DNA of 64,000 nucleotides from a plasmid: sequence record CP019900.1; one strand, 5' to 3'. Shown piece by piece: positions 1 to 9,299 of this stretch (position 1 is its first letter; each line of letters starts with the position of its first letter). The notes under the pieces were generated by a model. It saw only the letters and a program-made list of their open reading frames with translations, ran no database searches and was not told where the DNA came from. The position numbers and the translations under genes were made by a program.

Positions 1-339
1 GGTGCAGAAAAGGAGAAACACATGGACCATAACGTTTTGTCCCCGCTTGAATCCCTGCCGGATGGCACGTTTACCCGCGAGCAGGCTTAGGTAGTCGCAG
101 CACAGTATCAGAATGTGGCGATTGAAGATGACCAGGGGACCCATTTTCGCCTTGTCGTCCGTCATCAGGATGACGGCAGCATGGTCTGGCGCGTCTGGAA
201 TTTTGAACCGGGCGGCGAGGACCTGATGAACCGTTACATCCGGGACTACGGAGTACGCAAAACGAAGTAAGCAGTAAGAAGAAGGCCGGACAGGTGGGCT
301 GTCCGGCAGACATTCATCAATAGCTAAGAGGTATCAATT

Positions 340-2340
340 ATGTCTGCAACAGAGTCTAAGGTAAAAACTGCACCGAAAACCAGCAAAAAAACGCTTAAGT
401 CTGCCGAAGCTGAGGCGCTTAAAGTGGCTCTCGATGCCGCACAGGTCGAGTATGTCCCGGTGTCTGCACTGGTGAAGTCTCCCCTGAACGTCAGGACCAT
501 TCCCTATCCGGCGGAGAAAGTCTGTTCAATGGCAGATTCCATTGAATCCATTGGCCTGTTGCAGAATCTGGTTGTGCATAACCTCCCGGACGGTCGCTGT
601 GGTGTGGCTGCAGGTGGTCGTCGCCTGAAAGCGCTGCAGCTCCTGCAGAGTGAAAAACGTATCGATGCCGGATATCAGGTAATGGTGAAAAAGGTACCTG
701 ATGAACTGGCTGTTGCGGCATCAATGGCAGAAAACGAACAGCAGATGGCCATGCATCCGGCAGAGCAAATCAGCGGGTTCCGCACCCTGTCAGAAGAGGG
801 GAAAACCCCGGCGCAAATCGGGGACCTGCTGGGCTACAGTGCCCGTCACGTTCAGCGGATGCTGAAGCTGGCAAACCTCGCCCCGGAACTGATCACCCTG
901 CTGGCAGAGGACAAACTCGACGTGGAGCAGTGTCAGGCCCTGAGTCTGGAGAGCGATCCGGCACGTCAGGTGCAGGTGTATGACCAGGTAAAAACCTCAT
1001 ACGGCAGTACTCCCGCTCACCTGCTGAAGCGGGCCATCACGGATACGGAAATCGCCGTAACCCACTCCCGCTTCGTGTTTATCGGCCGTGAAGCGTATGA
1101 GGCCGCCGGGGGCGTGGTGCGTGAGGATCTGTTCAGCGCCCAGGAGGGAGACGGAACGGCGAACGGGGTACTGGTTGAGCGTCTGGTTCAGGAGAAGCTG
1201 GCGGCGGCTGCGCTGGCCATCGAACAACAGGAAGGCTGGTCATGGTCACTGGCTCGTGAGGGATCCGTCAGAAACTACGGCGATGACCGCGAGCATTATC
1301 TGGTGCTGCCGGCGCCGGAGGGGGAATTCAGCGCTGAGGAGCTGCAGCGTCTTGATGAACTGTACGCCACGCTGGAGGCAACGGAAACCTTTGAGGATGA
1401 AGCCGCGATTCAGGTGCTGATTGATGAGATTGAAAATGCGGCATCGGTTCGGGCGTGGACACCGGAGCAGAAAGCGGCCTGTGGCGTGGTGGTCAGTCTG
1501 TATGACGGTGAGCTTTGCGTCCAGCGTGGTGTCCAGAAGAAGATCCAGACGGCGGTCTCTGACGTCGGGGAACACGGTGGCGATCAGGCTGCCGTACATG
1601 TGGTCACCCGCAGTATCCCGGATGCGGCAGAGGGCATCAGCGTGCCGTTGCTGAAAAAAATGTCTTCAGAAAGGACACTGGCGGTTCAGGCCGAACTGGT
1701 TAAGCAGCCACAGAAAGCCGTGGCCCTGATGGTCTGGCGGCTGTGCAGTTGCGTGTTTGACTACTGCACCACCACCCGGCATCCGTTTGTCCTGCGCCTT
1801 GAGGTGCATCACAGCGGCCTGACCAGTGAAGCCCCGACCGGAGAGGAAGGTCAGGCATGGCGGTATCTGATGCAGGAGAAAGCCCGTCTGGAAGCCCTGC
1901 TGCCGGAGGGGTGGCAGAAGGATTTCACCACCTTCTTTACCCTCGACGGACAGACCCTGATGTCGCTGATGGCCTTCTGTACTGCCTGTTCCGTCGACGG
2001 TGTCCAGACCCGTGAATGTGGACATACCCGCCGCAGTGACCTCGATGGCGTGGAGGCGGCGCTGGGATTTCATCTGCGCGACTGGTGGCAGCCGACAGCG
2101 GATAACTTCCTCGGGCTGCTCAGCAAGGCCCAGATTGTGGCGGCGCTGAAGGAGGCCGGGCTGACCGGAGCCGCCTCGGATGCCGAAAAAATGAAGAAGG
2201 GTGATGCTGCCAGCCATGCTGAACAGTGGCTCTCCGGCTCCCGCTGGGTACCGGGCTGGATGCAGTCCCCGGATGCCGCAAAGCCGGACGATGCACATGC
2301 TGCCCCGGACACTGACGAACCGACTTCACACGCTGCCTGA
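340..2340 (+). CDS. ParB-like nuclease domain protein of IncF leading regions (ParB/Spo0J N-terminal domain homolog)
   Basis: 666-aa ORF; N-terminal region resembles the ParB/Sulfiredoxin domain; location upstream of psiB as in F-like leading regions; SD-like AAGAGG before ATG. Confidence 0.75.
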   Translation: MSATESKVKTAPKTSKKTLKSAEAEALKVALDAAQVEYVPVSALVKSPLNVRTIPYPAEKVCSMADSIESIGLLQNLVVHNLPDGRCGVAAGGRRLKALQLLQSEKRIDAGYQVMVKKVPDELAVAASMAENEQQMAMHPAEQISGFRTLSEEGKTPAQIGDLLGYSARHVQRMLKLANLAPELITLLAEDKLDVEQCQALSLESDPARQVQVYDQVKTSYGSTPAHLLKRAITDTEIAVTHSRFVFIGREAYEAAGGVVREDLFSAQEGDGTANGVLVERLVQEKLAAAALAIEQQEGWSWSLAREGSVRNYGDDREHYLVLPAPEGEFSAEELQRLDELYATLEATETFEDEAAIQVLIDEIENAASVRAWTPEQKAACGVVVSLYDGELCVQRGVQKKIQTAVSDVGEHGGDQAAVHVVTRSIPDAAEGISVPLLKKMSSERTLAVQAELVKQPQKAVALMVWRLCSCVFDYCTTTRHPFVLRLEVHHSGLTSEAPTGEEGQAWRYLMQEKARLEALLPEGWQKDFTTFFTLDGQTLMSLMAFCTACSVDGVQTRECGHTRRSDLDGVEAALGFHLRDWWQPTADNFLGLLSKAQIVAALKEAGLTGAASDAEKMKKGDAASHAEQWLSGSRWVPGWMQSPDAAKPDDAHAAPDTDEPTSHAA

Positions 2341-2384
2341 TAACGGAGACGCCGCCCTGCGGGGCGGCGATAAGGAGACTGAAA

Positions 2385-2816
2385 ATGAAAACGTTACTGA
2401 CTCTGGATGTTCTGAAAACCATGTCCATCGATGAGCTGGAAGATTACCGCGCTGCCGGTGAAGATTTCCGCCGTGAGCTGACCCATGCTGTGATGCGTGT
2501 TCTGCATCTGCCGTCAGGCTGGTCCGTGAACGGTGAATATCGCAGTGAGTTTGGCGGTTTTTTCCCGGTTCAGATCCGCTTTTCTCCGGCCCATTGCCAT
2601 TTTGATGTCGCTGTCTGCAGCCCCGGCGAGTTGAGTGAACGCTGGATGGTCGTCTTTGTGACACGTGGTGGCCAGCCGTTCTCTGTTGTTCGCAGCATGG
2701 AAGAATTTAACCCGGAGTTGATCTCCCACACGCTGGCATTGATAGCGTGTCTCGATACTGACGGATATTCCTGCGCCAGCATCATCAGCACACTGTCACA
2801 GGAGGGCGCACAATGA
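2385..2816 (+). CDS. psiB: Plasmid SOS inhibition protein PsiB
   Basis: 143 aa; recalled similarity to F PsiB (MKT.LTL.VL.TM...ELTHAVMR...[18 protein letters not shown]); GGAG SD. Confidence 0.85.
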   Translation: MKTLLTLDVLKTMSIDELEDYRAAGEDFRRELTHAVMRVLHLPSGWSVNGEYRSEFGGFFPVQIRFSPAHCHFDVAVCSPGELSERWMVVFVTRGGQPFSVVRSMEEFNPELISHTLALIACLDTDGYSCASIISTLSQEGAQ

Positions 2817-3544
2817 TCCCGTCATCCAGTGCTCTTGTCTCCCTGAAGCCAGCCCGTCAGGCAGCGCTGCAGGCCATCATGACGGTGGAAGAGGCTCGCC
2901 AGCGTGGCGCACGTCTGCCATCGATGCCACACGTCCGGACATTCCTGCGCCTGCTGACAGGCTGCAGCCGGATTAACAGTGACGTTGCCCGCCGCATCCC
3001 TGGCCTTCACCGTGATCCAAAAGACCGCCTTTCCAGCCTGAAACAGGTGGAAGAGGCGCTGGATATGCTTATCTCCAGCCACGGGGAATACTGTCCGCTG
3101 CCGCTGACAATGGATGTGCAGGCTGAACTGTTTCCGGAAGTCCTTCATACCCGGACAATACGCAGGCTGAAACGTCAGGACATTGCCTTCACCCGGAAAA
3201 TGCGCCGTGAAGCCCGTCAGGTCGAGCAGTCCTGGTTACTGCGTCAGAACCTGCTGGGACAGGCTGTCACAGAACTGAATTTTCAGTCACCGGAAACGGT
3301 CATCAGCTGGTACCGCCGGTGGATCGATGAGTTTGACGCGAGTGAGCTGGAACCGGCCTTCTGGCGCTGGCAGACGCGATTCGCTTCACTCAGGGAGCTG
3401 GTCTGGCTGCGTTACAGTCATGCACCATTGTATGAGGTGATGCATGAAATCAGTTTTATCGTCAGGAGATCCGGGGAACACATTCTGGAGCGCGAACGCT
3501 GGCTGGTTCCCAACAAACTTGAGTTGCGGGAGAGAAAACGATGA
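2813..3544 (+). CDS. psiA: Plasmid SOS inhibition protein PsiA
   Basis: 243 aa; start overlaps psiB stop (ATGA), size and position typical of psiA. Confidence 0.75.
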   Translation: MIPSSSALVSLKPARQAALQAIMTVEEARQRGARLPSMPHVRTFLRLLTGCSRINSDVARRIPGLHRDPKDRLSSLKQVEEALDMLISSHGEYCPLPLTMDVQAELFPEVLHTRTIRRLKRQDIAFTRKMRREARQVEQSWLLRQNLLGQAVTELNFQSPETVISWYRRWIDEFDASELEPAFWRWQTRFASLRELVWLRYSHAPLYEVMHEISFIVRRSGEHILERERWLVPNKLELRERKR

Positions 3545-3768
3545 GAAATAACCCCTGCAAAACGGAGCTGAAGGTGGCCCGCAGCCAGCGCAATAAACTG
3601 CATACCATCTCTTCCCGACTTAAAGAAATGACCTGCGAATGGGACGGCTTGAGTGGCTGGCTGGAAACAGAAACAGAGCGGCTGGTTGAATATGTCGATC
3701 AGCATATTCAGGCGCTGGATGAACAAATCAGCGACTGGTCTGCAGGAAACAGCGACAGGGAGTTCTGA
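3541..3768 (+). CDS. hypothetical 75-aa protein translationally coupled to psiA
   Basis: ATGA start/stop overlap with psiA; no recognisable family. Confidence 0.4.
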   Translation: MRNNPCKTELKVARSQRNKLHTISSRLKEMTCEWDGLSGWLETETERLVEYVDQHIQALDEQISDWSAGNSDREF

Positions 3769-4007
3769 TGAGTATTGTCAGCCGGAAGTTTGATCGGAAG
3801 GATGTGGGAACGGTATTTCGCCATGCGGTCACAGGAAAAGTATTGTGCCGTCTGGAGGTCAAGCTGACTTCAGAAGACAGGGAAGAGTTACTGTCCTTAA
3901 TCAGTCTGGTGTATCGCGCCGGAGAGAACGCCGGTAGTGAACAACGGGCGGCTGAAATCAGGCAGGCGCTGGGTTTACAGAGAGAAAACGAGTCAGGAGG
4001 TGTTTGA
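3768..4007 (+). CDS. hypothetical 79-aa protein
   Basis: TGATG overlap with upstream ORF; no recognisable family. Confidence 0.4.
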   Translation: MSIVSRKFDRKDVGTVFRHAVTGKVLCRLEVKLTSEDREELLSLISLVYRAGENAGSEQRAAEIRQALGLQRENESGGV

Positions 4008-4069
4008 GGATATATTCAGTTATCAGACTGTTAGTCCTGGGTGGATTCGATACGACAGGGTATAATGAC

Positions 4070-4232
4070 GTCGGCGCTTGAGGCTTTTTGCCTCATGACG
4101 TAAAGGTGGTTTGTTACCGTGTTGTGTGGCAGAAAGCAGAAAGCCCCGTAGTTAATTTTCATTAACCCACGAGGCCCACTGAATGTCTAGTCAACACCAG
4201 TATGGCCTCTTACCGTGCAATTTGCAAGGAGG
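4070..4232 (+). promoter_or_regulatory. sok: 5' part of the hok/mok mRNA leader (fold-back elements, mok start ATG at 4183) including the expected sok antisense-RNA region; severed from hok by the IS insertion
   Basis: near-identity to the recalled R1/F hok-mok leader (GCGCTTGAGGCTTT.TGCCTCATGACGT.AAGGTGGTTTGTT.CCGTGTTGTGTGGCAGAAAG...CCCCGTAGT...TTAATTTTCATTAACC...ATGTCTAGTC) up to CAAGGAGG at 4225-4232. Confidence 0.55.
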
Positions 4233-5270
4233 TGTATGGGTCCACCACATATTGCAATTTTTACTCTCACGTAAAATATAGTCCACTGGCGTCATCAGTT
4301 CGAGTGATTTATGTGGCCTTTTGCTGTTATACAGCACCAGATATTCAGCCATTCTTTGATTAAACAAATTCAGGTCCTCAAAAAGCAACAATTCATTGAA
4401 TTCAATAAATTGTTCTCTAAGTGTCCGGTTAAATCGCTCACAGGTCGCATTCATTTTCGGTGTGTACGGATAGGTCCAGATGTGTTTAATCGAGGCTTCC
4501 TGTAGCGTTTTATCAAAGTTACCGAGGAACTCCTTACCGTTGTCAGTGACAACTTGTCTGATAGCGACAGGAAAGAGCTTTGTGGCCTTGCTGAAGAAAT
4601 GGCTGGTAATATCGCTGTTGAGTGAAGGGACCGCCAGGGCCAGCGCATAGTCGCTGTGCTCGTCGATCATGGTAATGATATAGCGGCGTAGGTCCCCCAT
4701 CCTGAGTTCAATCGCGTCCATCCCTATGAGTTCGCCTGTTTTTACCGGGCGGTATTGTTTTGGTCTTCTGGGCTTCACTGAGCGTTTTTTTATCAACCGG
4801 GCTTTGCCCCTGGCGCTGAGGCGTACGGGGATCATCCGCATTTTATCGTGAGCACCAGCAATGATTCTTCCAATGGTTGACGTGCTGGGACAGGTAAAAT
4901 GCCGCGCTTCACACCATGGTTTCAGCCTGACAAAAATCTGCTCTTTGCCGAGATTGGGTAACTCAGTTCTCAGACGCCTGATCTCCTTGAGTACATCAGG
5001 ATGCCAGTGCCTTGAACGGCGAACCAGAGGGGCTTTGCTTCTTGGAATTAGTGCTTCTGGACCACCGGTGCGCAGTAACCGGCGCCACCAGTAGAGTGTT
5101 CGCGTTGATACGTCAAAAGCATCAGCTGCGGCACGGATCCCGTGCTTATCCCAGAAGTTCAGAGCCTTCATTCTTAACTTCGCAATCTCGGGCATAAGAG
5201 AGTGTTTCATCGCATAAGCAGTTGCTCGGTAATACCCAAAATAGCCGACACCGATATGCTGCATCAACAT
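4191..5270 (-). CDS. IS481-family DDE transposase (C-terminal 12-14 codons read through the IR into flanking hok leader)
   Basis: 359-aa ORF with integrase-core features typical of IS481 family transposases; stop codon lies outside the IR. Confidence 0.75.
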   Translation of the reverse strand: MLMQHIGVGYFGYYRATAYAMKHSLMPEIAKLRMKALNFWDKHGIRAAADAFDVSTRTLYWWRRLLRTGGPEALIPRSKAPLVRRSRHWHPDVLKEIRRLRTELPNLGKEQIFVRLKPWCEARHFTCPSTSTIGRIIAGAHDKMRMIPVRLSARGKARLIKKRSVKPRRPKQYRPVKTGELIGMDAIELRMGDLRRYIITMIDEHSDYALALAVPSLNSDITSHFFSKATKLFPVAIRQVVTDNGKEFLGNFDKTLQEASIKHIWTYPYTPKMNATCERFNRTLREQFIEFNELLLFEDLNLFNQRMAEYLVLYNSKRPHKSLELMTPVDYILRESKNCNMWWTHTPPCKLHGKRPYWC

Positions 5271-5328
5271 CTGGCAATCCCTCCTTTAGTGTTCTGAGGC
5301 AATTGCAATATCTGTGTGAACTTACACA
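4233..5328 (-). mobile_element. IS481-family insertion sequence (about 1.1 kb) inserted in the hok Shine-Dalgarno/mok region
   Basis: imperfect terminal IRs TGTATGGGTCCACCACATATTGCAATT (left) and rc TGTGTAAGTTCACACAGATATTGCAATT (right); flanked by GGAGG on both sides (4228-4232 and 5329-5333), a possible TSD; native hok leader resumes outside. Confidence 0.6.
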
Positions 5329-5341
5329 GGAGGAGTAAACC

Positions 5342-5503
5342 ATGAAACTACCGCGAAACGCCCTGGTCTGGTGCGTATTAATCGTGTGTTTAACGCTCTT
5401 GATATTCACATGCCTGACCCGGAACCGCTTATGCGAAGTCCGGCTAAAGGACGGGAACAGGGAGGTCGCGGCAAGCCTGGCTTACGAATCCAACGGTAAG
5501 TAG
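5342..5503 (+). CDS. hok: Hok family type I toxin (53 aa)
   Basis: [53 protein letters not shown]; close to recalled R1 Hok; GGAGG SD supplied by duplicated target. Confidence 0.8.
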   Translation: MKLPRNALVWCVLIVCLTLLIFTCLTRNRLCEVRLKDGNREVAASLAYESNGK

Positions 5504-5703
5504 CAACCTGAAGGCGGGGGAAACCCCGCCTTTTCAGGGCTGCGTTGGTCTGACATGCCTGAAGCGCCTTTATGAAGGGGTTACCGTTCGCCGGTAGCCC
5601 CTTTTTCCTTCCCGACGCGACCGCATGCCTTAACTTCCGGGAAGGGCCGTTCCCCTGTGAGGAACGGAGCAGGCCGATAGCAGCTCTTCCCTCCCGCTAT
5701 TTG

Positions 5704-6281
5704 TATTAATGCTAATGTACGCATCCATTAGCTATTACCGGGAAGGTTATTTTTCCCTGTTCCGTGCTGCACGGATGCCTGTCTGATAGTGCTTTTTCAC
5801 ACTTGCAATATCACTCAGGGTGGAGGCCTGACAGGAGTATGCGGCAAGACGGTAGCGGGAAGCTATTTCATCCAGGATGGCAGGCGTATTATCGCGGCTG
5901 CGGTGCTGGCGACCCTTCTGCCCAAAAGTGGCAACAATTATGTCCTGGCCACCCGAGCGGCCGAAAAGGCGCATACAAAGGCGCTTTACAATAAGCGGGG
6001 TTAAGTCCAGATCGATGCTGTCAGCTATCTCAAAAATAAAACTCAGCATCCGGTACGTTTTATAGCGCTTAACTGCTGCGCTGAGGCGTGCGGCTCGCTG
6101 AGGCAGTTCCCACGAATCATCAGAATAACGCTGCAGTTCAGCCTGATAATCCCGGGTCAGATGTTCGATTGTGTACGTAAAGTTGCGGTAAAAGTAAGCG
6201 CGAGACTGTTCAGTCCGGGATTCCTGAGCCATTTTATGCACCGGTTATTGATGCTAATGGATGCGTACATCAGCATTAATA
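5704..6281. repeat. 29-bp near-perfect inverted repeat pair (TATTAATGCT[A/G]ATGTACGCATCCATTAGC) at 5704-5732 and 6253-6281 bracketing a 164-aa ORF
   Basis: direct reading; 1 mismatch in 29. Confidence 0.8.
5747..6241 (-). CDS. hypothetical 164-aa protein enclosed by the inverted repeats
   Basis: long ORF, plausible start; no family recognised. Confidence 0.5.
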   Translation of the reverse strand: MHKMAQESRTEQSRAYFYRNFTYTIEHLTRDYQAELQRYSDDSWELPQRAARLSAAVKRYKTYRMLSFIFEIADSIDLDLTPLIVKRLCMRLFGRSGGQDIIVATFGQKGRQHRSRDNTPAILDEIASRYRLAAYSCQASTLSDIASVKKHYQTGIRAARNREK

Positions 6282-6421
6282 GCTATTGCGCTCAAATTTT
6301 ACTCTTCTTGCTTGATTGTGTATGACTTCTGTCATACAGTTGTCTGTGTAATGAACAGCAGTGAATCCACTTAACTCAGAGAGGCGAAGCGCAGTCGCGG
6401 GTGAGCCAAAGGAGAGCCAGC

Positions 6422-6694
6422 ATGAACTTCACGTTAAAATCCCGTAAAACCGGCGAAATTTTCAGTTTTTACGCACCCGACAGTGGTGGCTATGTTCACC
6501 TGGAGTCCCCGGGACGCCCTGGTAGCACCGGTGCTCAGATTTGCCGTGGGGGAGGGTTTATGGGGAGTACGCTTTTCTGTGACGCTTCTGAGGACGATCT
6601 GGCCAGTGTTGCCCGTAAATGGTACCGACAGTTCGTGAGGGAGCGGCGCAAATTCTTAATGATGTCGGGCCAGTATTCTGAGGACCTACTATGA
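6422..6694 (+). CDS. hypothetical small protein (leading region)
   Basis: ORF 6401-6694, likely start MNFTLKSRK at 6422 after GGAG; stop overlaps next start (ATGA). Confidence 0.4.
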   Translation: MNFTLKSRKTGEIFSFYAPDSGGYVHLESPGRPGSTGAQICRGGGFMGSTLFCDASEDDLASVARKWYRQFVRERRKFLMMSGQYSEDLL

Positions 6695-7041
6695 AAAAAG
6701 AGATCTCCCGCAACCCCTCTTTCACGCCTTCGCCCAAGCTGCGAGCACATCTGAACTCCCACAGGGAAGGGGTGACTGAACGGCTGAATAATATCTTTGA
6801 TCGCTATGCGCATCTGGTTCGCGCCTGTGCCCTTCCTCTCGATGACGAAGAAACACAGGTTCTGCTTAATGTGCTGAATGGCTCCGTTGTGGAACCCGCC
6901 TATATTGAATATCTGGCTCAGGAAATCCGGGACTCGGATTACTATCTGGAGGGGATACCCGCGGCTGAATCACTGTATGAAAAGTGCCTGTCAGCGACCT
7001 ATCCACAACTACTGGCCACCGTCGAGCGGCTCGATCGCTGA
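6691..7041 (+). CDS. hypothetical 116-aa protein (leading region)
   Basis: translationally coupled to upstream ORF. Confidence 0.45.
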   Translation: MKKEISRNPSFTPSPKLRAHLNSHREGVTERLNNIFDRYAHLVRACALPLDDEETQVLLNVLNGSVVEPAYIEYLAQEIRDSDYYLEGIPAAESLYEKCLSATYPQLLATVERLDR

Positions 7042-7055
7042 AGAAGGTAAAACCA

Positions 7056-7373
7056 ATGGGTTACGTACTTTCCTGCAGACAACTTACGGCTAATCTTAAG
7101 ATGATTGCCGGGGCGATTGGCTGCCTCAACAGGAACGATGTTGCACAAATTATCAGCCTGGGCGGTGTTCCATGTTCAAAAAGCCGGGCCGACTCGATAA
7201 TCCGCAGTGCCGGGGCGGAAAAAAATGCATCCGGTAATTCTCATCTTCGCGGAGCCAGAATAAACCGATCCGCAGATGTCACACCGGAAGAATTCAATGC
7301 GTTTTGTGCAGGGCTGAAAGCATTTCTTGTCTCGTTTGAAACGAATAATCTGAGTGAAAACAATGATAAGTAA
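7056..7373 (+). CDS. hypothetical 105-aa protein
   Basis: ATG at 7056 preceded by AAGAAGG; in-frame continuation of ORF 6984-7373. Confidence 0.35.
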   Translation: MGYVLSCRQLTANLKMIAGAIGCLNRNDVAQIISLGGVPCSKSRADSIIRSAGAEKNASGNSHLRGARINRSADVTPEEFNAFCAGLKAFLVSFETNNLSENNDK

Positions 7374-7599
7374 GCTCCTGACCTGTCTGTGCTCCGGACA
7401 ACTGCAGTTTCAGGAATTAATAAATCCTTATATATGGCAGTGTTAATTTTGTGACTCGGATCATAACATTCAGCCCGGTTATTGTGCTGTAAGTGTAGGC
7501 ATATATTGATATATCTCGATTCGCCCGTTGGATCAGCCCGTGATTTCCCTGCGGGCTTTTGTTCTGATACTCCCCCGTTCCTTCCTGTGATGGTTTTCT

Positions 7600-8140
7600 T
7601 TCCTGCTGTGTCCCTTTAAAACCTGAAAAGGCTTAAAAGCACACCCACACTGGACACCTTCGGCTCCCGGCCAGCTGCGCTGTCCAGTCGTCGAGCCACA
7701 CTCCGCTAACCGCGAAAAGACGCGGTAAGCTCCGCCGAACCCGCCAGGCGGTTTCGGGCCTGACGGCTAGTGTCTGATGTCTGAGGTCAGGGTCAACGGC
7801 AGCGCTTGCTGCGACCGTCCCGGCCGCGCCGCTTTCACCGTGCCGGCGAAGGACTGCCGGCACTCTGATGGCGCCACGCCGTTCCGTCGTGTCGGGTGTG
7901 TTCATTCTCATCCCTTCCCCTGGTGAGTCATCTCTCGTCCGTTCCCCGGCGAAGGGCTGGTCGTAGCACCGTCGTGTCGTCATCCGAAGGGTAAAATGAA
8001 CGCCGCCAAAACTTTTTGCCAGGGACCGCAAAAACTTTTGTCTGCGCCCTTCTCCTTCCGCCCCGCCGTTGCTCCTTTGCCCTTTGCCGCCAGGGAACTC
8101 ACCGAGAGATGGATTAACCACCAGACCAGAGGAAAAGCAG
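7600..8140 (+). promoter_or_regulatory. GC-rich, hairpin-rich non-coding block upstream of a five-gene operon (three ORFs of unknown function plus the methyltransferase- and KlcA-like genes); candidate single-strand promoter (Frpo-like) or ssi element
   Basis: no credible ORF on the + strand for about 750 bp in an otherwise gene-dense region; perfect hairpin GTGCCGGCgaaggactGCCGGCAC near 7838-7861; direct repeats CAAAAACTTTTG near 8008-8041. Confidence 0.3.
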
Positions 8141-8141
8141 A

Positions 8142-8522
8142 ATGAACACACAGAACGTCAACGTCAAAACCGCCACCAAAGAATCTACCGAAAGATGGGT
8201 TGAAAACCTTCTGGCCACCGCGATTAGCGAGCAAAAGAGCCTCCTGCTGTATCTGGTAGAGCTTAAAAGCAAGCGTATGAGAGAAAGCGAAAGAAGTGAA
8301 CTGGTATGGGGAACGTTGATGCGTATGGCTGATAACGTCCTGGGGGCGGGAGTGGTTGACTGGCACGCGGACGTTCTGCAGGTGCATTTCGGCGTTGCTC
8401 AACCGTGGCTTCAGTCCCGGAAACTCGTTGAGCTTCTTTTTGGTGATACCGGTAAGGAAGCGTGGAATGACGCACGCAAATACATTGCTGACTCAATGCG
8501 CGCTGAACGCCATATGCCATGA
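8142..8522 (+). CDS. hypothetical 126-aa protein, first gene after the GC-rich block
   Basis: GAGGAAAAG SD then ATG; no family recognised; not SSB. Confidence 0.5.
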   Translation: MNTQNVNVKTATKESTERWVENLLATAISEQKSLLLYLVELKSKRMRESERSELVWGTLMRMADNVLGAGVVDWHADVLQVHFGVAQPWLQSRKLVELLFGDTGKEAWNDARKYIADSMRAERHMP

Positions 8523-8587
8523 GTCTGCTTTTTTTCCCAACATCTGGCGGTCCGGGGGCCGCCGGTGATCCACATAAGGAGAGATGT

Positions 8588-8935
8588 ATGAACTTACACC
8601 TGACCGAATCATCAGCCCATCCAGGAATGCTGGCTACAGCAGAATCAGAGCGCGAATACTGGCTGAGCCGGCAGAAAGCAGCGGTTAAAGCCCCCTCAGA
8701 AATCGACGTTCACACGTTCCATGACGCGCTGGGCCTGATGTATCCGCTCAACTGGTCAACAAGTGAGAACGGCGAGTGGGAAACGTTCATGCTGCAGGAG
8801 ATGGTCTGCGGTGACGTGACAGAGATATATGCCCGCTACGGAGCCAGATATTTCCGGCTGCGGGATGTGTGCAACATGAGCCATGCGCAGATCACAACGC
8901 GCATTAAGGAGGAATTTAACCTGTTCCGGAAATGA
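8588..8935 (+). CDS. hypothetical 115-aa protein
   Basis: AAGGAGAG SD then ATG (MNLHLTES...). Confidence 0.45.
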   Translation: MNLHLTESSAHPGMLATAESEREYWLSRQKAAVKAPSEIDVHTFHDALGLMYPLNWSTSENGEWETFMLQEMVCGDVTEIYARYGARYFRLRDVCNMSHAQITTRIKEEFNLFRK

Positions 8936-9022
8936 AAAAAGCAGGGAAAACCCTGCTTTATCCATGCCGTAAAAGTCGCGGGAACGATTTTTTCGGCTGT
9001 TCAAATTAACTAACAGGTACAT

Positions 9023-9253
9023 ATGAACCTATCTATTCTTTCACCTTCCACTGAGGCTGTAAAGCCCCGCCGTCATCAACGCAATCTGCGTGATGATATC
9101 GCCGCACAGGAGATTGACCCGGCGCTGAAGGCCTTCGGGCGGCATATTGCCCGGAGCGTTCGCAAGGGGCGTGGTGTCCATATCCCCGCGATGAACAACA
9201 CCGCCTTCGGGCAGGTGCTCCGCACGCTTGAACTCAAACGCGCATGTAACTGA
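9023..9253 (+). CDS. hypothetical 76-aa basic protein
   Basis: ORF only; weak SD. Confidence 0.25.
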   Translation: MNLSILSPSTEAVKPRRHQRNLRDDIAAQEIDPALKAFGRHIARSVRKGRGVHIPAMNNTAFGQVLRTLELKRACN

Positions 9254-9299
9254 CAAGGTGAGCCGCTCCTTCGGGAGCGGCAACAGCGGAGATAATGCT

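Noticed and set aside
71-313. Minus-strand 80-aa ORF at the window start
   Set aside because: Overlaps a better + strand frame, no RBS, Pro/Arg-rich.
2340-2385. Expected ssb gene between the ParB-like gene and psiB (as in F)
   Set aside because: Only 44 bp separate the two genes; no SSB-like ORF anywhere in the leading region of this window.
7633-8402. Minus-strand ORFs 7633-8151 and 7980-8402
   Set aside because: Located in the GC-rich non-coding block; low-complexity Gly/Arg/Ala-rich translations, no RBS; typical high-GC spurious ORFs.
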